Source: Balanoglossus misakiensis
Taxonomy: Eukaryota > Animalia > Hemichordata
Direction: 5' to 3'
DNA length: 64,000 nucleotides
Assembly (NCBI GenBank): GCA_040954595.2
Contig: CM082579.2
Location: forward strand, 7,801,625-7,865,624
A program made the position numbers and the translations under genes. Under the pieces are notes generated by a model. The model worked only from the letters and a program-made list of their open reading frames with translations, did not search any database and was not told the origin of the DNA. Of this stretch, positions 1 through 13,289 are shown one piece after another (the stretch's first letter is position 1; each line of letters begins with the position of its first letter).

Positions 1-171
1 CAACATGGAAATACAGATCTGAACCCTGGAACCTTTTCAGCAGTTTCCAGTATCCGAGGATAGCAGGCCACGTCAAAACATCCAAGCCTGAAGAGTCTAA
101 ATCGAGAGTGTTTTTGCATTCCATTGGGTTTATCTCATTCGCTCAGATATCCAACGTGTTTGTCTTTTCAG

Positions 172-381
172 AAACGATTGGGACGTGCCGCTAAGAAGGC
201 CATTGCCAAGCTGCCACAGAGGACCCTCAAAGACTGTGATCCAGTGAGTCTTTATTCATATCTCTCTCATATTTGCTTTTGTGTCGCCCAATAGTAGAAT
301 CAGAGGTGTATTAATTCCTCCCCCCCCCCGCCCCCTCTCCCTCATCATCATCATCATCGACATCATCATCATCATCATCGA

Positions 382-425
<44 letters not shown>

Positions 426-3400
426 CCACAACAACCATCATTGAAGCAATTCGTGATTCGTCAAGTGTGATTCTCAAATAACATCCTCCTCTCACTCCCC
501 CTTTCTGTTGGTTTCAGTTTGTGTCCACAAAATGCTGAAGCTTTCATGAGTTGAGACATCTTGTATTCACCAAGTTCTGTTCTTCAAGATAAGAGAGGCT
601 TTGTTTGAATTCGTGAAAATGCACTGCACATGTTAATACGTGTGGCTTTCTGAGCATACGGCTGAAAAATATCATACATTTCTGGATGATTAAAAATTAA
701 TTACCAAAGTATATAACCTGCAAAGTCTGATAAACCCTGAGTATTAATCTCACTCAAAATTTAATTTGCTCTTGTAGAGAGCTGTTGAACTATTGATAAA
801 TCATCAATTTTGTAACTGTTGAGGATTATAATTAAATTTGTGATCAAACATTAAATAGGGTCAGATGAATTTGTGTTATCATGAAGAGTGGAGTCAATGA
901 GCATGGTTGCTCATAGCTAGATATAATCTTAAAAAATGGAAACAAGCAATGATGTTCAAGCAGTTTTCTAAAGTGACCTTCGTTGAAATATACTGACTGA
1001 ACAGATCGGTCAGTGCAGTAATGAATATGCTGCTGTATTCCGTGTTTACTCCGGAAAATCCCGACACTTCACGGAATATTAGAGTGTAATCAGCTGCGAT
1101 GGTTGTGTGAATGACCTAAATTGTGTCTTTTCTTCCGCACCGGTATCAGCGAGGAGAAGTTGGGTTCACTGAACGAGAAGAATTTCAGAAAGCTGATTAG
1201 TCTCGATATCTTGCTGTACATGTGCGTCAGAGGGTCGTATGACCTTATGTGATGTCTTGAACAGCCTTCTGGCTACCTTTTCTTATAAAAAACAAACTCA
1301 AGAGAAGAAAGGAAATTTTGAGTTTGTTGACCTGCAGTAAATTTTTTATGGCCGTTTGTTATACTGCCTGTACATGCTCATAAAATGTTGTTTGTTTGCG
1401 TATTTTTTGGTACAGTTCTGTTTGTGCAGTGGCCATGGTCATAAACCAAGAATCCAGAGGACAGGCATAATGTCTGTGACACGTTGATACGTTGCTGACA
1501 CCACTATTGGAAATTATGTATAATTTTTATAACGCGATAAGCACCTCCTTAAAGATCCGCTATCTTGAACTCCATACACTATAATATACCAACCAGTTGA
1601 AATTTATTTTGAAGATATCATTTTACTGAAAAATCTGTCCCCAAACTTAATGCGAACATTAGCAATGTGATTTTCTTTGGACTTCTCAGAGAGAGATATG
1701 GCTATTGGCTATATAATGTACTATGGATCCATACAGCCTGAATCACATGATGACGATGATGGCAGTTGTGGTCGTGACGGATGGAAATTAATAGCCTATG
1801 GGGTAACAATTCTAATCTGATCAGCATAATTGCATTTACAGGTTTCAGATAAATGCGCCAGTCTCTCCTTACTCGCATTATGAAAGCATTGTGATGTTTT
1901 GTCTCAGTGCTGTGTCAAAACTTTAATGGGGACGGCAGTACCTTTTCCCCTTTATAAATAATCCTAGTGAAAGGGCGTTGACGTTAAGGTGATTCACGCG
2001 TATGTATCAAGATTGCCATGTGCTGCTTTTAAGCCTGTCTAATGGTGTCACCCTGTGATAATATCGTAGCAACCTGCAGCGGTCGTCAAGGTGGAAACCC
2101 AGCGACTAAGTGACATGTGCTGCATTTAAAGCCTCTTTGGTGCTCTCTCACTCTCTCCAATATTGCACTGAAGCTTGTCAAAGACGAGTGTCAGAGCTCC
2201 TTGTACATGTATGTTGGGTGTCTGTACTATTACTGCTGATTGAGTGAGCCATCGACATCACAGCCACACCCAGGAAGGCAAAAAAAAAAAAAAAAAACAG
2301 ACGTAAAAACAACCAGTTGTAATATTAGAGTAAACAAAAAATTACAGTCTGTGAAAATATTGAGGGAATTTTGCATTCAATATACGTAAAATAATAAATG
2401 TAGTGTTTACACCATGTATTCTAATTTCTACGCTGCTTGGACACCGGCCAATATGTATGTAAAGTGAGAGCAGTCACTTGCATGGAAAGTACCAGCCATC
2501 AAACCCTGTACATGCCATTATTTACTAGTTAAGCAATAAAACACCCCCAGCCATGGTATACCACAAGATTTTGACCAGTTCACGACATATACGCACGAGC
2601 GATAGCGAGTGCGTATATGGAGTTGAACTGGTCAAAATCGAGTGGTATACCATGGCTGGGGGTGTTTTATTGCTATTATATTATGCCAGTATATTGAAAC
2701 TTTGCATAAAACATTTTAAAAAGGCATTTTCGTTGACTATGATATATGACTGTGGTATATGGCTAATATATCACGGTCACGTGTCATGTCTCGACCAATC
2801 AAATAGCGTGATTTACACCATCAATATACTGGTATAATATAATTGTTAATAACGCGTATGCACCATGGCATGGGAAAATTGGTCAGTGACGTTGCAGTAA
2901 TGCAGGAGTGATGTCCTTTTGATTGTCGTTTGCAGGAAACGCACGGAGACGTGGAATGCTGCGCTGTTTGCATTGAACATTACAAAGTTGGGGACGTCAT
3001 TAGGAAACTGCCTTGCAAGTAAGTGTCTCTATCGGGGAAGCAACTCTGTTGACTGTGTGGGCCTTTCTGAGCGATCTGAATGGTTTATGTCAATTGCAGT
3101 GAAATGGAATTTGACCACTGATGTCTCTCAGATACCTTGCAGACTCATCTCATCATGTTTGGCCAGTTCACTCGTAAAATGATAGTCAGTTATCCGCAGA
3201 GGAGCTATTAACCTTTGCATAGACGCATTGAGGAAGGTAGCTTTTTCTGAACAAGTGGGGAATGAGCCTCTTTCCCCACAGTGCATGTACACTAAGAAAT
3301 CAGTCAAAGAAAAAAATTAATCAAAACTTGATAATTTCAGCTGAAATTTCTGCTGAGACTTCATGTCTAGGAAAACGCCACTGTTCATATTACCTTACAT

Positions 3401-5806
3401 GATAGTCACAGTATGATAGCATACCTCATACATGTATTCGATTCCAAACAAACTGATTATCCGATTACTGCTTTTCAACCCACTCCTACCTGTGATTGTC
3501 CTTCACAAATCGAACGTAGTATGCAATCTCGTTTGAATTTACCAGAAATGTATGTATTAATTAACGGCACCCAGTCGACATCTGTGTATGTTCATTTCTC
3601 TCTCTCTCCCCTGCCAACTCACCTGTAGAGAGAGAGGAAATTGCGCTGTAATATCTTCTGTCTGGTTTCCACACAGACATTACTTTCACAAAGGTTGCGT
3701 GGATCAGTGGCTGATAGAGCACAGAACCTGCCCCATGTGTAAACTCAATATCCTGAAGGCCTTAGGTCATGATGTAAGTATACAGTGTCTCTATCCTGAC
3801 AGTTTCTGAGAAAAAGGGCTCTGACAGAAATTGAATTTGTTTGCAGACAAAATAAAAGATGCACTGTAGTCCTTAAAGGTATACGGTCACCTATGGAAAA
3901 TTAGCTATAGTTACCATGGCAAATTGAGCTTTAGCCAATCACAGATTTTCAGTGGGTGGCACACGCGAAAAAAGGAGCGCCACCATATGTTCTTTAGAAC
4001 GCTCAAATACGCCATTTCTGCCATATATGGGCGTATGTAAATTGGAGGTGACTGTATACCTTTAAGCTTTCCAGGTACGTGTAGGTAACTGAGGCTAGGC
4101 AGACGCGAAAAAGAGCAAATGCCAGTATTCAGTTTCCATCCAGAGAGGACTGTGGCGCCATGTAAGGAGTTGATTACAGAAAATCACATATTGAGATCAA
4201 TCTGCTCCATACGAGTACCCGTGTAACGTGTTCCAAGAGGTCCATTACAGCTCCTTACAGTACTTAGTCTGTGATAGATTTGCAGTGGGTTATTGAATAT
4301 GGCCAGGACAATTAATCTGTATCTCTCTACTTGGTTGGGAAAATGCAGGAAGGTTATAGTTTATTGATCGACGGTTTATGAAATCCGGAGTTCTCTGTGG
4401 AAGAGTTGTTGGCCCAAAAAAAATTGATGCATGTTTCCCCAAACATGTTAAATCTTATGGTTCAGTTTGAGTGGCTGAAATGAGCTGAGATTGCCCGTAC
4501 GTGTATCCATCGTATTGACTCCTGCGTCCACGGTTTTGGTTTCAGAACCAAGACAGCCACGACAGCCTGACGGTGGAAGTGGAGGCGGCGGCCAGGGTGT
4601 CGAACAACGGAAACGAAACGGAAGAGGAGAGCCTGGGGAACGAGGAACAGAGCGCGGCGGCGGGGGGCGGCGGCCGCGAGCAGAGGGGGGCGAGACCGAC
4701 CTCCTCCACGTCCGCGGTGGTGGCCTCCTCCGGCCAGCACTCGGCCACGGTCGGCGTCGACCTGGAGGACGCCTGCCAGGACGACAGCCCCGAGGGAATA
4801 CAGAACCTGATGCTGGTCTGGGTGCCGGAGGACGTGGTCCCAGCCAACCAGAACAGGAACAATTCCAACCCGTTGGAAGATGATGGTGGGTGTTGAAGCC
4901 AAAATAGTGTGGCAGGGAATGTGTTGTTTTGAAGCACGCTGTATGCATATGCGCAGGCTGTAGACAGCGTCAGAATTCATTTTTAGAGAGCAGAATATTA
5001 CTGGTAGACACTTTCTAATGATAATCAAAAATTTTGGTCGCTTATTAAAAGTATCAACATTATGCTTGTACTATTTCAGTACAGCAGTATAAATTTAAAT
5101 AATTGTCCCTTTCTGGTTATTATGTTGGTGACAGAAACTCAGCAATAATTGAAAGGAGATTTTTGCTTTTGACAGACTTCATACACCTTTATAGTCTTTA
5201 TATCGATTTTTTGTGCTTGTGTCAGTAACACATGTAGATTCATTGCTTATGAAATAGCTCCTTCCTGCGACCGCAACATGCCATGGCTAATATCTATCCA
5301 TTTACATCGTTACGGTTACCGCCAGTTTCCGTGTCACACGCCAGACAGACAGTGAACTGTGCTATATTCAACTCATGTCTGGCGAATGGCCTCTTTAACC
5401 CAAATTGCAAGAAAATCTCTCGCAATTTATTTCTGGGCTACAAAAGCAAGAAAAACTGAACGCTGCAAGACGTGTGCATACCAGTGGAAATACCAGGATG
5501 TACGGGGTCATCTGGAGGTCACGAAAGTGCAAGGCTAACATGCGTTCAGTGGGTTTTTCATTTAAAGAATAATTCCCAGCAGTTGTCTGGCGGTTGTTAA
5601 AAATACCACTTTGTTTGGTGTGTCACAGCTGGTTGCACTGCACACAAAAGATTGACTCATACTAGATTTTTTTTTTGCTTTTTGCCTCTTTTGTTTTCTC
5701 AGATGGGACACAGAGCTGGGTCGTTGTGAGTTCGCCGGAAGAAGCCAACGAGATCCCGGGCAGCGTATCCGGGACCGCAGGGAATGTTTCAACCGCCGCA
5801 ACGTAA
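172..5806 (+). CDS. RNF130: Goliath/RNF130-RNF150 family RING-H2 E3 ubiquitin ligase, 3' portion (5' exons lie upstream of the window)
   Basis: Spliced exons 172-243 ([24 protein letters not shown]), 2936-3018 ([28 protein letters not shown]), 3677-3773 ([32 protein letters not shown]), 4546-4885 (low-complexity tail) and 5703-5806 ([14 protein letters not shown]...TAAT*). All junctions are GT-AG and phase-compatible. The C3H2C3 RING and the AAKKAI.KL / [13 protein letters not shown] motifs match RNF130/RNF150. Reading through the 4886 donor gives an alternative stop at 4896. Confidence 0.92.
342..441. repeat. (CAT)n trinucleotide microsatellite with periodic CGA interruptions, intronic
   Basis: Directly visible; explains the poly-Ile/poly-Met ORFs 256-495 and 281-481. 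Confidence 0.95.
2532..2843. mobile_element. Palindromic non-autonomous element with twin hairpins
   Basis: 2532-2674 is a near-perfect ~143-nt palindrome (AGCAATAAAACACCCCCAGCCATGGTATACCAC...GTGGTATACCATGGCTGGGGGTGTTTTATTGCT) with a CACGAGCGATAGCGAGTG core. It abuts a second inverted repeat, 2675-2697 / 2821-2843 (22/23 match). Confidence 0.8.
3873..4065. mobile_element. MITE with TTAA target-site duplication (Kolobok-like termini)
   Basis: TTAA|AGGTATACGGTCACCT ... AGGTGACTGTATACCT|TTAA. The TIRs have 1 mismatch, the body is 185 bp (3877-4061), and TTAA flanks both sides. Confidence 0.8.
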
Positions 5807-6169
5807 AAATTGCCGCGATTCGATTTTTTTTTCTAAAGAAGGAAAAACCATGCAGGTTATGTAGCTGGGCTTTTTCACAGACATTAAACTAATCTTACGA
5901 AGGAAAGTAATCGCTAAACTAGACAACCAGTGGTGTCCAAGAATTAGGATATCTCTCCAATCTGAATTTCATTTACCTCATGGCAAGGGCAGTGGTTTTA
6001 TACCCCACACACACACCGTGGTCTTCATGGCAGTAAATTTGACAGAACAAAAATATGTAATAGTTTCATCTACACTGTGTCAGTTTACAATATGTTTTTA
6101 CCAAGTGCTGGGAGGGTTAAGTTTCCCACAACTGCTGCTCCGAGGTTAGGAACAGTGACATACCGGTAT

Positions 6170-6216
6170 GTGCACACACGCGCGCATGCACACACACACA
6201 CACACACCTACATACA

Positions 6217-6246
<30 letters not shown>
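6170..6246. repeat. (CA)n + (TACA)n compound microsatellite in the RING-ligase 3' UTR region
   Basis: Directly visible. Confidence 0.9.
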
Positions 6247-6247
<1 letters not shown>

Positions 6248-9200
6248 GTCAAAATATAACAAAAATAAGGTAAAATGTTCTAGCTTGCTTCCATTGTAAT
6301 CAATTCCATCATGCAATGAATGCAGATTTTTTTTCATTCTTCAGAAATAATGCTAGTGTGTCAGGGTTTAGATCAGGGGCAATCTCTCTGACATTCTTTC
6401 TGGTAGCATGAAGCATGCACTTGGATTTCTTTGCCATCTCCTATTTTTACCCGTGGTTTGGTCCAACTCCACTGTTCTCAGTGGGAGTGTTTGACCTCTC
6501 CACGGGGATACGGGGGTGAAAGGGTTAAACGCTGTTTCATTGGGAAGTAATTATTATAGCACAAGTCTTCATGCGTGTGGCAAGACCATTTGCCACCCGT
6601 GGAAAAGAAAACATGCTCCCTGTCAACACACACAGCTGTCAATTACTGCACGGTTGTCGGTGAGAACGGCCGACAGCCTGACCGGTCACTGACCGAGCCA
6701 AATACCATGAAAAACGAAAGACATCTCTCCTTGAACTGAAAATTTACCATGTCCTTGGCTGCGCTCCATAATGTGAGAGCTCCTACCTACAATCACACAA
6801 GAGTTTATAACTTCAGAAAACCACTAATTTGAATTTCCTTAATTTTAAGCCTGTTTGTCATTCATGAAAGAAACCATTTCAATGCCTTCTCGTATGAAAA
6901 ATGTTTTGAAAACAACACCATTAAAAAGAAACAAGAAATCCATTTGACAGCTGTCCCTCTCAATCAGCGCATCAAAGTTATTGTAAACTGACACAGTGCG
7001 GGTGACTGAAAAAACACATGCTACCTTCAGATTTATCAGTAAACCCTGGAACTTATCAATGTATTAACAGTTCACAGATCAGTGTTTGCGATCTTCACGT
7101 GCTGACACGACCCACAAAACAACAAATCTGGTGAATTCACTGTGTTTCAGTGCAAATTAGGAAAAAATTAAAATAGGTTGGTCGTCTCTGTGTAGTTGAA
7201 AGCACAAAGCAACGCATGCAGAATTTATTTGCACCAGTTGGTGTTGTATTTCTGACGTGACAACTGCTTGAAGAGGGGACGTGAGTTTATTTTCCAACCA
7301 ACCAGAAATGCACACTTTACAAAAAACATATTATGAAACAGAATTTTACTATTTTATGAAAATATATTTTACATGTACAATTGCACCTTTTCTTGTGATA
7401 TCTGTGCATTAAACATTTCGATGATGGACAATTTACCATTACGGTGTAGTATATTCCTGTAAAAATTACAACTCTGATTTTCTTTGTCTTTTTGTATTTT
7501 AGACATTGACCATAGAGTGATTTAGTTAAAATGGTAAAGCCTTGGACATTGTATATTGTTTAGATATCTGTCAACATATAAACACGTTTGATACAATAGC
7601 TGCTTTTGATAGCAGCATTTGCAAACTTGGGAAGTAATTTTATCATGATCACAAAAAAAATGTGTGTGGAAACCCATAACCCCCCACACTAAGATAAAAT
7701 ACTCAAGGAACCGTAGTATTTAAAAATAAAAAAACTTCTTTTGTGAAGACCTGCTACAGAGGGAAGTCGTAACCTTTGAACTTTGACCCCTCCATTCCTG
7801 AATCTTGTCCATGCTGCACGGTGCAGTCTACTTTGGCTTGTGATGACATAATTTGTTGAAATTTAATGAATTGTGATACAAATCTGGTCAGTATTTTTCC
7901 CGCCTTTTCTTTGCGTGTCGTTGATTTTCTTTGATGTGACGAATTTACAACAGTGTACAGCCTAAAGAATCTATATGACCAATATAGTTTTGATTTTTTT
8001 GCAAGTGAATCCTTTGTTGTACAGTAATCTTTTCAGCAACTTTCTGATGATGTATTATTTTAAGGCGATTTTGATTCTGACGTAATCCATATATAGACTA
8101 ACATTAATTAGTATACTCACAAGGGAAGAAAATGGCTGGGTGCGAAGTAGCTACACTTGTATGTTCCTATAGCTCAAGAGATAGCTCAGAATGTGACAAG
8201 AGAAGTTTGGTCATTTTGTCACTGCAGAAATGCCTTAATGTTGCGGAGTGACCTTAAAATGGCAGGGTCGCTCTGGGAATATCCTAATATTGCTGTGTGC
8301 TATTCATAGCGCTTTGTATGTTATTTGTGTAACTAGTCGCAGGGCGCACAAGTGGAATTTTGATGTAAATAAATTGTAAATTTTCTGAGTGGACGGTTTC
8401 TGTTGAAAGATGCTGTGACCAATGGCTGAACTGTACATCGTGCGTGTGGAGAAATTCCTGAATTCAACTGGTCTTGAGTTATCTGGGTACGGATATTTCT
8501 AGATTAACACCCCAACCCACCATTGTGTCCCCACCTGACCCCTTGGTGACCTTTGATGTGACCCGAATGCTTTCTTCCAATCCGATCCCTTTAGTGTTCC
8601 CAAACTGGGCACATGCCTGGAATGTTGGGATGTGTGAGTGGCCAGATGAACCTTTTGTTCACCTTGGATATCACGTGTATATCAGCATGTCTGAATGAGT
8701 TGACCCGGTCTCGTAATCTATCCACACAGTAGTGTGGACCACACGTACAGATAGACAATAGACAGAGAAATGCTACTGTGTTGGATTAATTTCATCTTCA
8801 GCACAGCACAATGCAAATTAACAGCAAAAAAAGTGAACATATGTAAGTTTTGCTGGTACCTTAACCATTAATCGCACTGGTAAAGTGCAACAGGTTATTT
8901 TTCTACAATTCATTAATTGTTCAACTTTCCGAATTGAACATAAAAAAATGTATGTGGGATAATTGATTGGTAAAAACAATATGCATGGCTGGGTTTCTTT
9001 TTATAGAACAGCAAATGAGACAGCTATTTTCGTAATGTAAAACATACCAATCCAGTGGATTAAACAAGCTGCACGTTTTGCTTTTTTTGGCCTGTAATAG
9101 TTGATCTTGTGTCCAATTGCACTAGGAGAAAGAGAAAATGTCTCGTTTAGTATGTATGGATTTTACCATATGTGATTGTGCTTGCAGATCTGTTCAGTTA

Positions 9201-9297
9201 TGCTCTCAAAACATTTCATGACTTTTCAACAGATGGAAATTGTCCAATGAGTCTTTTTACGGGCACTGAGAACCCGAAACCACTGTGCATTTAACCA

Positions 9298-9303
9298 AAT
9301 AAA
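9298..9303 (+). terminator. Candidate polyadenylation signal ending a ~3.5-kb 3' UTR of the RING ligase
   Basis: AATAAA followed by a T/GT-rich tract (tttctttgagtggtgtgttt); there is no coding signal between 5806 and here. Confidence 0.35.
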
Positions 9304-11539
9304 AGTTGATGTTTTAAATCATTTCTGAAATTTCTTTGAGTGGTGTGTTTATACATCCTTTTGTAGAACTTTTACTCGACCAAATGGTGACTGAATACAC
9401 TCCCAAGATCCTCATATTTTGTAAAGAGGTTGTCAAAACACTAGTAAACTGATAACTGGTAGTCATAGCCAATTTATTCAGTGTGACATAGCAGTTTTCC
9501 TACACAGCCTTATTCAAAAGATACATGTGATGTGGAAATAAACATTTGACAATGCATTGTGAGGTGTGTCCCAGCAATCAGGTCAAACCTGTTACATACT
9601 ATGAACAGAAATGAACTCTTCGCTGATTTTTAATTTATTTGTAAAAAATAAACTCGCGTTCACTCACTCAACCACTCACCAAATTTTTGTGTCTTAAAAT
9701 TCCCGGTTCACCCGTTAAAAGCCATACAAAAAAGGGTTGCTACTTAATCAAGTAGATCGCGTACGCGCGCGTATTCAATGTGCGTCTTGTGATTGAGTTC
9801 TTCGCGGAGTGGTCACCATGGCAAAGAGAACAATTTCCACGCGCGTTCAAATAATGACGCGGCCGAACACTTCGGAGATATGTCAAAGGGGCCGACAGTT
9901 TTAATAATTGTAAACAGGTCTGATAAAATCCATTTCAACCATTAATCCATGGTCATTACGCCTTCGAAGTTTTCGGTCCGCGAGTGTTCAGGTAGGTGGG
10001 ATGCCCTGGCAACGATCTTCAGAGCGTAATGTAGCGCCCTCTTTGTGCGTCATCTTCCAACCTGCGGATATTATCGATGTTGCCTGGATGCGGAGTGCGT
10101 GCAAGGAGACAGATGATTGTGGCCGCTCTGCCTCCATTGTATTTAATTGCCCCCCCCCCCCCCATTGAGGGCACTCAACTTGTGCTAGGAGAACGCATTG
10201 CATTGCAATTTGTGTTCAAAGTTTTGCAGGTAGTAGAGTAGGGCCCTCTAAGGGAGCTTGCACTTTAATATTACAAGGGGGTCGGCCGGAGGAAACCGGG
10301 AAAGGTCTATATATCACGTATCCCCCTACTGCATGAAGTTTATGACAAATGACAAAACAATATACTTCAGACCAGAACCACAGTTATGCAATTATTGGCC
10401 TAGAGATACAGGATGCATTGGCTTGCTTTAGTTAATCTCACTTATCGGTCTTGTCTGTGTTAGTACGGGTACCACCCAATCATTCGCACCGTCCGTTTCT
10501 TTCTTTCTTTCTTTATTTAGCTGTACGTTTTTATGGATGTGCAATAGAAGTCATCATCATTAGGGCCTAAAGGTAAACAAAATGCTATGTGGGTAGTGTT
10601 GGCGAAGTATGAATAATCACAGTTCGTCCAACACATCATTTCCCTCTGTTCATTTATTCAGGTAAGATTGTGTGATCACCAGCATCCAAATGTCGACAAC
10701 AAGCACCAAAGGCAGAAAGGCGGTGACACGGAGTACGCCATCAATGGCAAAGAAATGCAGGTGAGTCCGGCACACGATGTTCAACACAGATAACACACAT
10801 ATGAAATTTTACTTCATTTCTCGGACGAATTCGTTTTGTGCAGTATCTAATACCTTAAACAATCTGTTGTATGAAAACTGCAAATGTATTTAGAATTGTC
10901 ATCAGACAACCATTCCTGGCGACATTTCGACATCAGGGAGCGCTGTTTATCTAACAAGCCAATACGCGCTTCGTACCAACTTCCTAAAGAATCATTATTT
11001 TGCATCGTCAAATACATGTACTTAAACTGCGGAATTCCCAGAGAAACCTCTCTTGAAATTTGCCGTTGCTTATGTTGCACCGACATTTAATTTCGAATGA
11101 AGTGTCTTTTCGGGTTACATTCGAATTTATTTTCCTGACTATTGTGGTCGGAAAATGGTCACTCGTTACTTCCTTTAAAATAATGGTGTGCCGAGTGACG
11201 CAGAGAACATTCCGGGCGTCAGTAACACAAAAGTGACCTGAAATTCATGTTGAATAATCAGTTACTGTGTATATAGTTGTTACCGGAGAATAGGTTTTCT
11301 ATTTTCAATTTTGAATACCTTGGGATGGAATCCGGATATAGAAACCGCCCCAACGTTTGAAAAAAAAACATGCTGCGGAACCTGGGCACTGCTGAGAACA
11401 ATGCATGGTTACGTATCTCACATACATATGCGTTTGGTATGAATGAACAATAGTCACAGACATGAACCGCTGCCATATCCGTACTTATATAAGTATAGGT
11501 TCATAAATACTCAGCGCACATAATTACAAAGAGTCTACG

Positions 11540-12559
11540 ATGGAAAAGACGTTTCTCTTATCAGCTGAAAATCCAACCAATGGCCGCAATGTGAACAGCG
11601 GTTCTACGGAAACGGACAGATCGTGTCGTCGACAATTCAAGCCATGGTTGGGAGTGACATTGGCATTGATAAACGGACCCTTGTTTGCGGTATCTAATTT
11701 GTTTGCCGGCCTTGCAAGTGAGGTACCCCCAGCGCAACAGTCATTCTTAATAACACTATCTACTCTTCTCCCTGTTGTGGGAATAGCTGCTTTCCAACGA
11801 CCGAAGCTGATTTATAGAAATTGCAAGCAAACTACACTCCTCGTGCTCCTGGCAGTATCATTTTGTGGGACTTCTCTCACGAATTACCATGCCTTGAAGT
11901 ATATCAGTCTGGGCAATTTTACAGCCGTCTCAAAGGCAATCATTGTCATATCAACAGTCGGTGCAGGTGTGATATTTCTTGGGGATCCTTGCCAATTCGT
12001 CGACATAGCAGCAGCTGTGCTCAATATTACTGGAGTCCTACTAATTACTCGTCCGTGGTTAGGCGAGGAACAACATTCGACGGAGAACACATACGAATTA
12101 CTGGGATATGTTTACACAGTTGTTTTTTCGGTCAGCGCATCTCTGCTCCTAATTATCACAAGGGCATTGGGCGAAGAAGTTGGAGTTGTCCCTAAACTGT
12201 TGTATACATATTCACTTGCGCCTCTCATTAGTTTGATCCTTACACTTAGCACGGAGAGACCAATCTGGGATATGCCGTCTGCCACTGCACTGTACATTTT
12301 CGGATTCTGTACCTTTGGTGTGATTGCAACACATTCTCAAATTGGCAGTGCGCACTTCGAACGAGTTGGTGTGGCGGGTATACTGAGTGTTCTTGAACTG
12401 GTGGCGGCATTTCTATTGCAGTTTGCTGTCGCTGGCGTCAAACCAGTTACTCTGGATTTGATAGGAGGCGCAGTCATAATAATAGGATCCTGTATGTCAT
12501 CCGCGAAGGCCGTGTGGGACAGGTACAGAAAGCCAGATTCCATCAGCGGTGATTCGTGA
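11540..12559 (+). CDS. SLC35G-like drug/metabolite (EamA x2) transporter, single-exon CDS, 339 aa
   Basis: About 10 hydrophobic helices. EamA-type motifs: 'YHALKYISLGNFTAV', 'GVIFLGD', 'ITGVLLITRPW', 'LELVAAFLLQF', 'LDLIGGAVIIIG'. A TATA-like TATATAAG sits at ~11487. Confidence 0.88.
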   Translation: MEKTFLLSAENPTNGRNVNSGSTETDRSCRRQFKPWLGVTLALINGPLFAVSNLFAGLASEVPPAQQSFLITLSTLLPVVGIAAFQRPKLIYRNCKQTTLLVLLAVSFCGTSLTNYHALKYISLGNFTAVSKAIIVISTVGAGVIFLGDPCQFVDIAAAVLNITGVLLITRPWLGEEQHSTENTYELLGYVYTVVFSVSASLLLIITRALGEEVGVVPKLLYTYSLAPLISLILTLSTERPIWDMPSATALYIFGFCTFGVIATHSQIGSAHFERVGVAGILSVLELVAAFLLQFAVAGVKPVTLDLIGGAVIIIGSCMSSAKAVWDRYRKPDSISGDS

Positions 12560-13289
12560 CATTTCAGAGCGGACGTTTCCAAAAGATTCGTGTTGGTGGT
12601 TCATTGTGTTTTCTCTATACAACATGGCACAGCGCAAAACAATTATACTATTTTCTTCATTTTGTGTTTTCCCCGCGGAGATGCATGACCATGCAGCTGT
12701 GGTTATTTCGGACACTGCGGAGACCGTATACAGAGCGACCTATAGCAAGGCCGCGTTGACTGGACGAATTATTTTGTTCTACCCGATGGGTTTGATGTAA
12801 CTTCGCAACCATTACAGCGGCCATTTTGCTCAGTATCTCGTGTCGTAGCTGCTGTCGTCATGTTGAGCTCCCAGCGATAAGATTTTTTTCTTTACGCCTT
12901 TCTAACAAACATCGGTTCTTCCGCCCCTTTTGAACACGCTGTGAAAACATTCCTTCTTTCAAATATGCACAGCCTCGACAAAATTTCCAGGTTGTTATCT
13001 GTCTGAACATGACTTTATCGAACCGCGTGGTTGTTTGTGTGTGTGTGATTGTAGTTGGCATACAAAAGAAATTGAAGTTTCCTGTCGACACAATGGAATT
13101 ATTATCTAAATTCACGTTTTTTATTCTTTTATTACCAAACAAACGTACATTGTGGTGGATCTTTGTATATAAAAACATTCAAAGACCGGGCATCTAAAAC
13201 CCAAAGTTTAAAAAAAATTACCATGCGTGTGTTTTCTTCTTTGTTTTCCTTTGAAAGTCCTTTAGCTGCAGTGATGTGATTCGCTGAAC

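Noticed and set aside
256-495. Poly-Met / poly-Ile ORFs
   Set aside because: Translation of an intronic (CAT)n microsatellite.
4448-5028. Multiple overlapping long ORFs on both strands
   Set aside because: Shadow ORFs of a GC-rich exon of the RING ligase (stop-codon depletion).
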